Positions 25,675 to 37,235 of a DNA stretch of 64,000 bases are shown in pieces (the first letter of the stretch is position 1; the number at the start of each line of letters is the position of its first letter). The notes below the pieces were generated by a model. That model had not been told where the DNA came from and made no database searches. It saw only the letters and a program-made list of their open reading frames with translations. Both the position numbers and the translations under genes were made by a program. The stretch comes from Chiloscyllium plagiosum. Taxonomy: Eukaryota. Location of the stretch: the NCBI RefSeq assembly GCF_004010195.1, contig NC_057756.1:343805-407804 (forward strand). The letters are read 5' to 3'.

Positions 25675-26590
25675 TCATAGAGAAGTACAGCATGGAAACA
25701 AACCCTTCAGTCCAACTCATCAATGCCAACCAGATATTCTAACCTAATCTAGTCCCATTTGCCAGCACTTGGCCCATATCCCTCTAAACTCTTGCTATTC
25801 ATACACCCATCCAGATGTCTTTTAAACAATGTCTTAGTGGTTAGCACTGCTGTCTCACAGCACGAGGGACCCAGGTTCGATTCCAGCTTCAGGCAACTGT
25901 CTGTGTGGGTTTCCTCCAGGTGCTCCGGTTTCCTACCGCAATCCAAAAAAATGTGCAAGTTTGGTGAGTTGGCCATGCTAAATTGTCCATAGTGTTCAGG
26001 GATATGTAGGTTAGATGCATTAGTCAGGAGTAAATGTAGAGTAATAGGGTAGGGGAATGGATCTGGGTGGGATACTCAGAGGGTCATTGTGGACTTGTTG
26101 GGCCAAATGGCCCTGTTTCCACACTGTAACGATTCTATGAAACATTGTCATTGTACCAGCATCCACCACTTCCTCTGGCAGCACATTCCATACACGCATG
26201 ACCCTCTGCACAAAACAGTTTCCCCTTAGGTCCCTTTTCTATCTATCTTTCTCCTCTCACCCTAAACCTATGCCCGCTAGTTCTGAACTTCCCAATCCCA
26301 GGGAAAAGACTTTGTCTATTTATCCTATCCATGTCTCTTATGATTTTATCAACCTCTATAAGACCATCCTTCAGTCTCCGACGCTCCAGGGAAAACAGCC
26401 CCAGCCTATTCAGCCTCTCCCTATGTCTCAAATCCTCCAACCTGGCTACATCCTTGTAAATCTTTTCTAAACCCTTTCAAGCATCACAACATCCTTCTGA
26501 TAGGAAGGAGACCAGGATCACATGCAATATTTCAAAAGTGACCTAACAGCATGATCTCCCAACTCCTATACTCAATGCTATGACCCAGTA
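25675..26590 (-). mobile_element. CR1/HER1 LINE 3' fragment interrupted by an HE1 SINE (25834-26139, + strand)
   Basis: RERLNRLGLFSLERRRLKDGLIEVDKII motif. The SINE is flanked by AAACAATGTC (25824-25833) and AAACATTGTC (26140-26149). Confidence 0.88.
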
Positions 26591-27249
26591 AAGGTTCCTC
26601 TTTCTATTTGGGTTCTATGCATAGCTTCTGGTGCTGAGGCTTTTTAAATTTTTAGTAAATAATTCCTAGCTCAACCTACATGGCCTCTCATAGTGATTCA
26701 TTAGGAATACGTGAATCAATCATTATGGAGCCAAAATCCCTGAAGTGTTGAAGCAGGTCTTTCAAGTCCAAAGCAACCCTCTGAAGAGTATCCCACCCGG
26801 GTCTAACCCCCTACTCTATCCCTGTAACCTTCCATTTCCCATGGTCATTGCGCCTAGCTAATCCAACAATCCTCCTCTCTAGGTCTTGCTGACTGCCTTT
26901 CTCAGCAATCTTCCTTTCTCTCCACTCCTCTAGGTGCTGCAGACTGCCTGTCTCAGGATCATGCCTCTCTCTTGTAATATCCAGTTAGAAGTTTTACAAA
27001 ATGCTACCAAATTACTTGCGGTTGTAAGCGAGATCGAGCAAGCAGTGCATATTTCTAGATTTGTGTGCTGGCCTAAATGCCTGTGCCAAATGTCTGGAAC
27101 TCATTTGAATGTAGTAGTACACTAGTTTCGAGCTTGCCCTACTGTACAATTTCTATTATTCAGTCATGGTGCTATAGTAACATTAAATTACCTAATAGTT
27201 CTTCTTAAAGAAGACATTTATAACACATTGATGTCTGTATGCCCAACAG

Positions 27250-27390
27250 GGGGAGTTAAAATGGAACTGAGAGGTTGTGCATCCAGTGAAGCTTGTCAAG
27301 CCATTGACCAATCAACGATGGGGATGCAGCTGAGTTATACCGGAAACTGCTGTGAGCCCAAGCTGTGCAATAAGGCTGTACTTTTTCCAG
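27250..27390 (+). CDS. Ly6/uPAR gene exon 5 (LU domain 2, second half)
   Basis: CAACAG| then GGVKMELRGCASSEACQAIDQSTMGMQLSYTGNCCEPKLCNKAVLFP, with RGCAS and CCxxxLCN motifs. Donor CAG|GTAATA, or read-through to TAA ending at 27416. Confidence 0.88.
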
Positions 27391-27446
27391 GTAATAATGA
27401 CAAGCACATATTCTAAGTCTGTATTCACAGTAACCACTCACTCCAG

Positions 27447-27785
27447 GTGGCATGGTGGCTCAGTGGCTAGCACTACTGCCTCACAGCACCAGGGACCCAG
27501 GTTCAATTCCACCCTTGGGCAAGTGGCTGTGTGGTGTTTGTACATTCTCCATGTGTCTGTGTGGGGGCTCTGGTTCCCTCTTAGTCCAAAGATGTGCAGG
27601 TTAGGTGGATTGGTCATGCTAAGTTGCCCATAGTGGCTAGGAATGTGCAAGCTATATGGATTAGGCATAGGGAAACACCGGGGGATGGGGTGGAAAAGGA
27701 GAACCTGGGTAAGACACCCTTCGAAGGATCAGTATGGCCATATCCACCAAATCACCTGCTTCCACACTGTAGGGATTCTATGATT
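27447..27785 (+). mobile_element. HE1-type SINE
   Basis: TGGCTCAGTGG A box, GGTTCAATTCC B box, core and tail. Confidence 0.8.
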
Positions 27786-27799
27786 CATTGCATGGGCAA

Positions 27800-28965
27800 T
27801 GTGACTGACGCAACAGCACTCCTGCACATGATACACAAACAGATAGATAGAAACAGACACAAGTAAAAAGGGACAAATACTTGCACACACTCATACAGAC
27901 ACACAAGCAAAAATGCAGACAAAGACTCAGATATTCACACATACTCTCACACAGGCACAGAGACTCAGACTGGCAATATACACAGTACAGAGCTGAAAAT
28001 GTGTTGCTGGAAAAGCGCAGGTCAGGCAGCATCGAAGGAACAGAAGAATCGACGTTTCGGGCATAAGCCCTTCTTCAGGACTTCTGGCTTCGGGCTTATG
28101 CCCGAAACGTCGATTCTCCTGTTCCTTGGATGCTGCCTGACCTGCTGCGCTTTTCCAGCAACACATTTTCAGCTCTGATCTCCAGTCCTCACTTTCTCCT
28201 CGAAGAATATACACAGTACACACTAGGCTACAAATACACCAACATGCAGAAATACATTCACACAGATATAACCAGAGATGCTTACACCAAATTAAAAATC
28301 ACAGACATATTCACTAGCACACTTACAGACATTCACACAAGTATATACAAGTGAACACAGATACACCCTCTCATAGGTACACTCCCACACATAGTACATT
28401 CTCAAAAATACACATAAAGAAGCAAATACAGACAGGACAAACAAAAACAGACACACAAAGAAAAACAGACATATGCACTCACATATCAGAGGCACACAGA
28501 CAGGCATGCACAAAGCCATATCCACTTTTACATCTGCACAGCCACAAACTCATATAGATATATACATACACACACACACACACACTCACAAACAGAGACT
28601 CAGACACAAACATGCGAAAATATACAACACAAATACAGGCTCACACACAAGGAGGAATGCACGGGCACAGACTCAAACACATACACATGCATAATCTCTG
28701 ACACAAACAGACATGCACTCACATGGATATACACACATAGGTAAACAAAGGCATACAAACACTGACATATACACATACTGAGACTCACCTACTCCATCTC
28801 TGTAACAAACTGACAGGCAGATAAACAAATACATGAACATACACACTGCCATACATAAACACTGAAACACAATCACTCAAACAGATACATACACACATTA
28901 GAAACCACAAGCATACATAAACACACTTACATATGCCAAAAAGAACACATGCACTCAGATACACT
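27800..28965. repeat. Degenerate CA-rich low-complexity tract
   Basis: About 1.1 kb of ACAC/ACAG/ACAT-type units, with a purer (CA)n at about 28568-28590. Confidence 0.85.
27990..28205. mobile_element. Inverted-pair hammerhead-bearing mini-element
   Basis: 15 bp duplication AATATACACAGTACA at 27975-27989 and 28206-28220. Inverted arms of about 80 bp. Intact - strand core at 28051-28078. Confidence 0.85.
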
Positions 28966-29586
28966 TTCTCTGTCGCAGCAGCTTCTATTTCACTCATGTC
29001 CCAGCAGTTATTCATCATTGCTACCCCAACTCAGCTCCAGTCACATCCTGGATCCACCTGTATACCACACCCACATTCCCACACCCACTGATATGCCCAA
29101 CCCACATTCCCACAGTATTCCTATTCCCACCAGCCTTGTCCCTCCACATTAATGCAGTCATTGCAAGCGCTCCATCTCTAGATCTGTCTGGAAGATATGA
29201 AGCACTCTCAGGGGATGCTCCTGCCTCAGAGTACAACCAACCTAACCAGAGAACGAAACCAGAACCACCAAGGCTTTTTTACTCCAACATGAGCCCGTTC
29301 CTCTCAAACTGCAACAATAACATGAAATGCAATGATAACGTAGTTCATTGTGATTAAGATTAAGCGAGTCAGTTGCCATCTCCCACTCTGCAAACCAGGT
29401 CAAAATACCCCCCTCCCCCTCCAGCAAAACCTCTGCCCTGTCCTCCCCCTGAACTGAAACCTTCCTTCAGTCTACCCCAACAAGCCATCTCTTGATCATA
29501 TACCCTTCCAATCTGCCTGTCAACCCTTCTCTCCACCCCTAGCTCCATTGATCACCATCTTATTGTTACTGGATTTTTCTCTTCAG

Positions 29587-29864
29587 GTACTTCTGGTTTT
29601 CATTTTAATCTGACCTTGTTGTTGCTCTTAAAAACAGCTACTGGTTTACATCTTTGTACAGCATATAGCTCTACCCACTCCACCATCCCCTCCATCACTT
29701 CTTCATCCTCTCCCTGCCCTCCACCACATCTTCAGGCCCAAACATCCCATCCCTGCCTCAAAGGCAACATATCCCTGACTCTCTCCAAACAGCAATCCCT
29801 ACTCTACCCCCCAGGGTTGGAAACGTACCCCTTTGACCAAACCTTCTGGTGTCCAGGGCCCTGA
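29587..29864 (+). CDS. Possible terminal exon of the Ly6/uPAR gene (GPI-signal-like start)
   Basis: Strong acceptor TTTTTCTCTTCAG|. In phase 1 it reads GTSGFHFNLTLLLLLKTATGLHL..., but the frame runs on through low-complexity sequence to 29864. Confidence 0.35.
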
Positions 29865-30109
29865 GATCTTCTTCAGAGCGTGTCAGTATCCTTCAGGCGT
29901 AGAGAGAGGCGCTACCTAAATGCACATCATCCCTGTACCGCACTCTGCGCCAAACTCACTACTTACGGTCGATGTTCTCCTTTACAACTAAAACCTCCCA
30001 CTGGGCCCAGTGGAGGTAGGAAGGAAGCGGGACTCAGGCCGTTCAGCCCATCGAGGCAGTGCCCGCCACCCCCCCCGATCACGTGCTGACCTGATGACCT
30101 TCCCTTTGT

Positions 30110-30609
30110 NNNNNNNNNNNNNNNNNNNNNNNNNNNNNNNNNNNNNNNNNNNNNNNNNNNNNNNNNNNNNNNNNNNNNNNNNNNNNNNNNNNNNNNNNNN
30201 NNNNNNNNNNNNNNNNNNNNNNNNNNNNNNNNNNNNNNNNNNNNNNNNNNNNNNNNNNNNNNNNNNNNNNNNNNNNNNNNNNNNNNNNNNNNNNNNNNNN
30301 NNNNNNNNNNNNNNNNNNNNNNNNNNNNNNNNNNNNNNNNNNNNNNNNNNNNNNNNNNNNNNNNNNNNNNNNNNNNNNNNNNNNNNNNNNNNNNNNNNNN
30401 NNNNNNNNNNNNNNNNNNNNNNNNNNNNNNNNNNNNNNNNNNNNNNNNNNNNNNNNNNNNNNNNNNNNNNNNNNNNNNNNNNNNNNNNNNNNNNNNNNNN
30501 NNNNNNNNNNNNNNNNNNNNNNNNNNNNNNNNNNNNNNNNNNNNNNNNNNNNNNNNNNNNNNNNNNNNNNNNNNNNNNNNNNNNNNNNNNNNNNNNNNNN
30601 NNNNNNNNN
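30110..30609. other. Assembly gap (others at 36574-36646 and 58862-59276)
   Basis: Runs of N. Confidence 1.
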
Positions 30610-31749
30610 GAACTTGTACATGAAACACATGAAGCTACATATAGTAGGTAATCAAGAATGCTGCCTGGGTTTTGACCCTGAATTCAAGGGGGTTGGAGTA
30701 TCAGAGAAGGACAATATTAGTAAAATTGTACATGTTGCTAAGACCACACCTGGAGTACTGTGAGCAGTTTTGGTCCTGTAACATAAGGGAAAAAAAAACT
30801 GGAGGCTACTTAGACAAGTTTCATTAGGATGATCCCTGCATTAGAGTTTTCTTTTTTAATGCTCAAAAGTTAAAAAGGTTGACACTATACTTCTGGACCT
30901 TTTGAAGAATGAAGGGTTACTTCATTGAAACATATTGGATTCGTAAAAGGCTGAGAGGATGTTCACACTCTTGGGAGAATTTTGGACCAAAGGATGTAAT
31001 CTCAGAATTAAGGGGCACCAATTTAAGGCTGAGGTGAGGAGGAATTTCATCTTGCTGAGGATTGAAAGTCTTTGGAACTCCTTGCCATAGCGAGCTGTTA
31101 GGCAGAACCCTTGTGTATATTTGGGGCTGAGAAGGGCTTATGCCCGAAACGTCGATTCTCCTGCTCCTTGGATGCTGCCTGACCTGCTGCGCTTTTCCAG
31201 CAACACATTTTTCAGCTCTAATCTCCAGCATCGGCAGTCCTCACTTTCTCCTTCAAGAACCTAACATTGAGCTGCTGCCTATCTGAGTTTTGAGAGTCAG
31301 GCTGAAAGATACAAGATGGCCTGAACATATCACAGAGTTGTCACATTCTAGAAAAACAGCATTGATAATTATGAAGTTCACAAATTATGATACAAGGCAA
31401 ACATACAGACACAAATAATTTGGACTCCTCTGCCTTCTATTTGTTTGTGCTCTGGCCATTGGTCAAAATCCCTTTGTAAAACAAACCTATTCATTTCTTC
31501 CAGCCAACCATATTCACTCCTAGAAAGTCCACAAATATTACCAAAAGTGAAATTAAAAGGGCTTAGAAACCAATCGTGACATGCAGTCTCTTTGGTGCTG
31601 AACATAAGAAGGAGTAACTAATCTGAGGTCTCATGCATTAACTCAACTTGATCTTGATGCAAGTACAAGGCTGAAGGACCTGGATACATTTAGGAAATGG
31701 TGACAGAATGAAATGAGTATGATATGCCCTGGTTGGTTTTTGCTTCCCA

Positions 31750-32810
31750 GAGTCATAGAGATGCACAACATGGAAACAGATCTGTCTGTCCAATTCGTCC
31801 ACGCTGACAAGATATCCTATATACAATTTGTCTCATTTGCCAGCATTTGGCCCATATCCCTCTAAACCTTTCCTACTCATATACCCATCCAGAAACCTTT
31901 TTAAATGTTGGAATTGTACCAGTCTTCACCACTTTGGTAGCTCATTCCATGCACGCATCACACTCTGTGTGAAAACGTTGCTACTTAGGTCCCTTTTATA
32001 TCTTTCCCTCTCACCTTAAACCTATGCTCTCTAGTTTTGGACTCCCCACTCCAGGGACAGGATCTTGTCCATTTACCCTATCCATGCCCTTCATGATTTT
32101 ATAAACCTTTATAGGGTCTCCCCTCAGCCTTTGACACTCCATAGAAAATAGCCCCAGCCTAATCAGTCTCTCCCTATACCTCAAATTTTCCAACCCTGGC
32201 AACATTCTTGTAAATCTTTTCTGAACCCTTTCAAGTTTGACAACATCCTTCCTATAGCAAGAAGACCAGACTTGCACACATTATTCCAACAATGGCCTAA
32301 CCAATGACCTGTACAGCCACAGCATGACCTCCCGACTCCTGTACCAATAAAGGCATGCATGCCAAATGCCTTTCTCATTATCCTATCTAACTGCAACTCC
32401 ACTTTCAAGGAGCTATGATTCTGTACTCAAGATCTCTGTTCAGCAACACTCCCCAGGATCTTCCCGTTAAGTGTATCAGTCCAGCTCTGATTTGCGTTTC
32501 CAAAATGCGGCATCTCACATTTCAATTAAATTAAAGTCCATTGACTACCCCTTGGCCCATTTGATCATGATCCTGTTGTAGTCTGAGGTAAACTTTTTCC
32601 CTGTCCACTGCAATTCCAAGTTTGGTGTCATCTGCAAACTTACTAACCATACCTGCTAGATTCACATCGAAACCATTTATATAAATGGCGAAAAGCAATC
32701 GACTCAGCACTGATCCTTGTGGTACACCGCTTGTCACAGCCATCCAGTTTGAAAAGCAACTATCCACCACTCTCTGTCTTCTACCTTTGAGCTTGTACTG
32801 TATCCAAATA
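31750..32810 (-). mobile_element. CR1/HER1 LINE RT and 3' fragment
   Basis: [20 protein letters not shown] and LERVQKRFTRMLPGL motifs, frameshifted. Confidence 0.9.
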
Positions 32811-33164
32811 TTTGGTATAATCACACGACACTTTGGAAAGATGGGAGGTTTTGGCTTAATTCTGACTTTTCAGCGTATTTGGTGGAAGACTAGCTGATCG
32901 CTATCTGGTGAGCTGGAACAGTCACAATGGCCTTCTTCTATAATGTAAAATCTGATGTTTCTATGATTCTAAGGCTTTTGAGACAAGTATCATGTTACAC
33001 AAAGACCTGGCACTCCAGTGCAGTCATGTATGCAGCTCCACTGGGACACTTATAGCACAAATAATTCACTCTTGTCCAATTAGTTTTTCATACTGAACAC
33101 AGAAAACAAGTACATATCTTCGCTTTTTATATTCTACTTCTCAGAGAGGAGGAAGAGAGAGTGC

Positions 33165-33898
33165 CTTATTTTTGGGTTAGAACTGAAGTGGCAAGGAGCA
33201 GTGTGACACTAGGCACATGGAACACACAAGATGGCCGCTGAGCCGTCTGTTGGCCACTTGACACATAAGATGGCCACCGGACCACAATATGGTGAGAGAC
33301 AGCAGAGCAAATACAGGCATTGCCTGAGGCCACCAGAGTGCCAACACAATGCACTCACAACCCAGTTGATTAGTTTAAGGCAGATGGGGGAGAGACTATA
33401 CATGAGTAATGTACATTGCCTGCTGAAGTGTCTGGGTCCAGCACCTTTGATAGAAATGCCAACAGCTTGATACGGACTCAATACAAGTGCTAATAGCCAG
33501 GGCTGCAGTAATCGTCCTTCTCAGGAAGAGCGATTAGTGCCCATTACCGGAGCAATGGACTTCCGCACAGAGATTGAAACTGACAATGTCTGCTTTGAAA
33601 CTAACAACAACTGTGCTGTAACTAACAAAGGCTGCGCTGAAACTGACAATGACTGTATCGAAACTATCAATGATTCTGCAATGTTTACAATAAACAATCT
33701 ATGTTACAGAGACAATAATCTCATCACTGACTTATTGTATCACAAGATGTATAAAAATATCTTGAAGTGCTCCTGGTCAAGAGAAGAATTGCAGCTGACC
33801 CCTGTGCTGTTGGTGTCTTTCTCTCCCCGGAGCTCCAGTGCAATAAACTGTCATTGAACCCCGACTCTTACTCCGAGGCTGGTGATTTTCCCATAACA
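33165..33898 (+). mobile_element. Probable solo LTR (unrelated to the LTR at 39602-40220)
   Basis: AATAAA at 33842-33847, about 50 bp before a ...CCCATAACA end. Internal short repeats (GAAACTGACAAT-like) and two AAGATGGCC motifs. The left end and TSD are not resolved. Confidence 0.5.
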
Positions 33899-34299
33899 GA
33901 ATGGTATATTAAAATGGTTGCTATTGAATACAGAATGAACAATTTGAACCCTTCCAGCAATTTGCAGAAACATGCTCATCACCCTCCTGCAATGCGACAC
34001 TCCCTAAATTGTTTAAACAAGCAGTTCCACTGAAGTTTCACTGGACCTGAAACGTTAAGTCTGTTTCTCTCTGCACAGATGCTGGCAGATCTGCTGAGTT
34101 TAGGCGAAAGTGAGGACCGCAGATGCTGGAGATCAGAGTCGAGAGTATGGTGCTGGAAAAGCACAGCATATCAGGCAGCATCAGGGGAGCAGTATCTCTC
34201 GCACATCGGATGTTGCCAGACCTGCTGAGTTTCCCCAGTGTTATCTAATTTGATTTCAGGCCTTCAACATGTTCATTGCTTTGTTTTTATGAAAAATGA

Positions 34300-34632
34300 A
34301 TAGAGGTTCACCTCAGCCAGTTTTTGAACAAAGGAGAAAATTTGAATCCATTACGGCTAGACTCGATGCAAATGGCTCTATAATTACCAATGACAAAAAA
34401 ATCACAGGCTGTATGGGATTGCATTATACATCGTACACTTCTTTTTTAGTGAGTGGTATTACCGAGGTGGGGATCCCAGATTCGCCATGGTGTGGGACCT
34501 CTGCACGGACCCAACAGTTGGCAAGTCCCTCTTGTTTAGATAATTCTGGCACAGCATAGTGAAATGATTTTTCCCACCTCCCTGAATAGTTAGTATTACT
34601 AACATTACAATAATATACCTGTATCTACCCAT
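34300..34632 (-). pseudogene. env: Possible env 5' remnant
   Basis: MGRYRYIIVMLVILTIQGGG is a signal-peptide-like start just downstream of the integrase stop. No TM or ISD motifs were seen. Confidence 0.35.
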
Positions 34633-34758
34633 CTCTAAACCCTGCCTACTGTCCTGTCTTAACCTTTTAGGTGTCAGGGAGAGGTGAGTCCACACAGCCC
34701 TTACAATCAATAATAATATATATAATCAAACATTAAAAAAAAAGTCTTTTATCTTAGT

Positions 34759-35199
34759 TCATTCCCTTTTTCTCAGCTTAACTTTCAGAGGGTTGTCTGT
34801 AGGATGAGCGTGCCACTCCACCAATGGGGCGTTCACAGGACCTTTGACGTGAGTGTGATGACTCCACCCTTTCTCAGCAGTTCGGATGGCTGTCTCAGTA
34901 GTCAGGAAGGTTAAGAATGGTCCCTCCCAGCTCTGGTGTAGTTTGGTATCTTTCCAGGTTTTGATCAGGACCCAGTCACCCGGTCGTATCTGATGTGCTG
35001 CAAACTCAAGTGGTTGTGTGTGCACCAGCAGGCCTTTGTTCCTAAGAATAGATAATGAAGAGTCAAGTGCCACAATATAGTTTTTCAAAAACCTGTCATT
35101 AAATTCAGCTGTAGGCACCTCTCCTTTCCCTCCTAGAAATGGTAGTCCAAACATCATTTCATAAGGAGAAAGGCCGATATCACGTCTTGGGGCAGTCAA
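34759..35199 (-). pseudogene. pol: ERV integrase C-terminal half
   Basis: TAPRRDIGLSPYEMMFGLPF, PGDWVLIK and WEGPFLTFLTTETAIRTAEKGWSHHTHVK (GPY/F module). Confidence 0.92.
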
Positions 35200-35745
35200 A
35201 ACACGTAATAGACTAACTCATTTCCCCGGCTATTGATTAGTCGTCGTCCTTGCCATATCTTTCCAAAGGTATGGACTACTCCGTAAGCATATTTAGAGTC
35301 AGCGTAAATTGTTCCATCCCGATTCTCTAAGTGTTTTAAAGCTTGATTTAATGTGTACAATTCCCAGGTCTGGGCTGACCATGTGTTCGGCAGCCAGTCT
35401 GCCTCCACTTTTCGGTTTTTGTTATCCATTGTGTCTTTTTCCTTCCACTACTCTCGATGATCCATCTATAAACAATCTATCCCCGTCATGTAAAGGTAGA
35501 TCTCTCAGGTCCTGTCTAATTTTGGTTTGATACTCTATGATATCTAAACAGTCATGTTCTAATTCTCGTTTGTCTAGGGGTTCTCCCTTCCATAAGAAGG
35601 TAGCTGGGTTTAGACAGGTGTCTATTGCTAACACCAGGCCATCTTTTTCCATCAGGATGGCCGGGTCAACCATCTCCCTGCCTTTTGGTTTAACATAGTT
35701 CTGACTTGTTGGGGGGGTACTAACTACTATAAGGCTGCTCCATCT
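35200..35745 (-). pseudogene. pol: ERV tether/RNase H module, copy A
   Basis: LNPATFL, EHDCLDIIEYQTK, LFIDGSS, WSAQTWEL and ADSKYAYGVVH. Short internal deletions. Confidence 0.9.
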
Positions 35746-36573
35746 GCTGGCTTTGCAGCTCCTAAATCTTTTAGTCCCTTTTCCCCCTTTGTAGTAAACA
35801 ACGGGGCACCCTGAAGATCTGAAATTGGGAGTATATTACTGCTCCTTGTGGATTCAGGGTCGCTTCTTTAACTACCTCTTTGACCAGTCTATTTCCCCTT
35901 ACTTCCAGGTCATTCACCTTCTGATGTCCATTTATATGAATTACCACTATTTCTCTCGGTGTAACAGAGATTTCAGCAATTGTTTTATCAATTCCTCATA
36001 AGCTAGTTCTTTTCCTCTGCTATTTATCAGTCCTCTTTCTTGCCAAATTTTTTTTCTCGAAGGTATGTGCACTCCAAACACATATTTGGAGTCTGTACAT
36101 ACCGTTCCTTTTTTGTTTTCTAAGGTTCTGAGAGCTCTTTCTAGGACATAGAGTTCACAAGTTTGGGCTGACCAACCGTTAGGCAGTCTTTCAGCCTTGA
36201 TAACGCTTCCCTCTATCCCGTCTACTACAGCATATCCATTGTGCCTTTTACCTTCAAGCATCCGGGAGGACCCGTCGATAAACAACTGAGCTCCCGCGTG
36301 CAACGGTACGTCTCTTAAATCCATTCACACTTTAGTCTGATATTCAGTAATATCAAGGCAGTCATGTTCTGGATTGCCAAGGGCCACCCCCTCTCCCTGC
36401 CACAGAAATGCAGCTGGATTCAAACAACTGTGTGTGACTAACACAAGGTCATTCTGCTCTATTAAGATTGTCTCATATTTCAAGATCCTAGAGTCTGTGA
36501 GCCATTGACCTGCTTTCTGATTTAGTATGGTCTGTACCTGATGTGGGGTGCTGACTATTAAGGCTCCCCCAAA
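35746..36573 (-). pseudogene. pol: ERV tether/RNase H module, copy B
   Basis: QKAGQWLTDSRILKYE, LNPAAFL, LFIDGSS, RHNGYAVVD, WSAQTCEL, TDSKYVFGVH and GHQK..GNRL. Contains an in-frame stop and frameshifts. Confidence 0.92.
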
Positions 36574-36789
36574 NNNNNNNNNNNNNNNNNNNNNNNNNNN
36601 NNNNNNNNNNNNNNNNNNNNNNNNNNNNNNNNNNNNNNNNNNNNNNCGAGCACATTCATTTTTAAGAACCTCAACAGATTCTATAGCACCATTTGCAGTT
36701 AATTCGATCCCCAATTTGGTGGCAATATCTCGTCATGAGCGCAAAACTGATTCTTCGTGCCTCTCATCACAAAACTGTTGCCATAATCC

Positions 36790-37235
36790 AATTAACTTTT
36801 TCATTCCCACTCCCTTTGGCTTAAACTTTAAAGATGACCTTGCTGCCCCCGTATCAGCTAAGAAAACTACGTCCTCTTTGTAAGGTCCCACCTTTAAATT
36901 TATCAAGGGTTCCTGGTGGGTCCCCGGGGGCAGGAACTCCTGACACATCAAGGTTCATAAACGGCACTGCCTTTACTTCCTTTTTCGGATCTCTCTTAAG
37001 TGACCTGTCTTTCCACAGTAATAACATCCCGCCTGTGGGGATTTCCACTTTGATCCTTGTTTCTGTTTACCAGACCCCTTACCATCTCCTCCCCGATCCC
37101 TTCTCCTCCCTTTATTTCCAAATGCTGTCCGCCACCATTTTGGTTTCCTTCTCCTTTTAGTTTTGTCCTTTTCTTTATTACCTCATCAACCGTGGCTTAT
37201 CATTACTCATGCCTTCTGTTTCTGCTTCTCATGTT
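36790..37235 (-). pseudogene. ERV gag C-terminus (truncated zinc knuckle) and protease N-terminus
   Basis: EKQKQKA, a Gly/Arg-rich linker and CYYCGKTGH, then EPLINLKVGP..VFLADTGAARSSL (aspartic protease DTGA). Confidence 0.85.

Noticed and set aside
27800..29020. Cys/Val-rich and His/Thr-rich ORFs
   Set aside because: Translations of CA/TG low-complexity sequence.
29963..30651. Long ORFs of 183-221 aa (also at 58534-59349)
   Set aside because: Artefacts of N runs.
33165..33898. 3' LTR of the ERV
   Set aside because: No similarity to 39602-40220 and opposite orientation.
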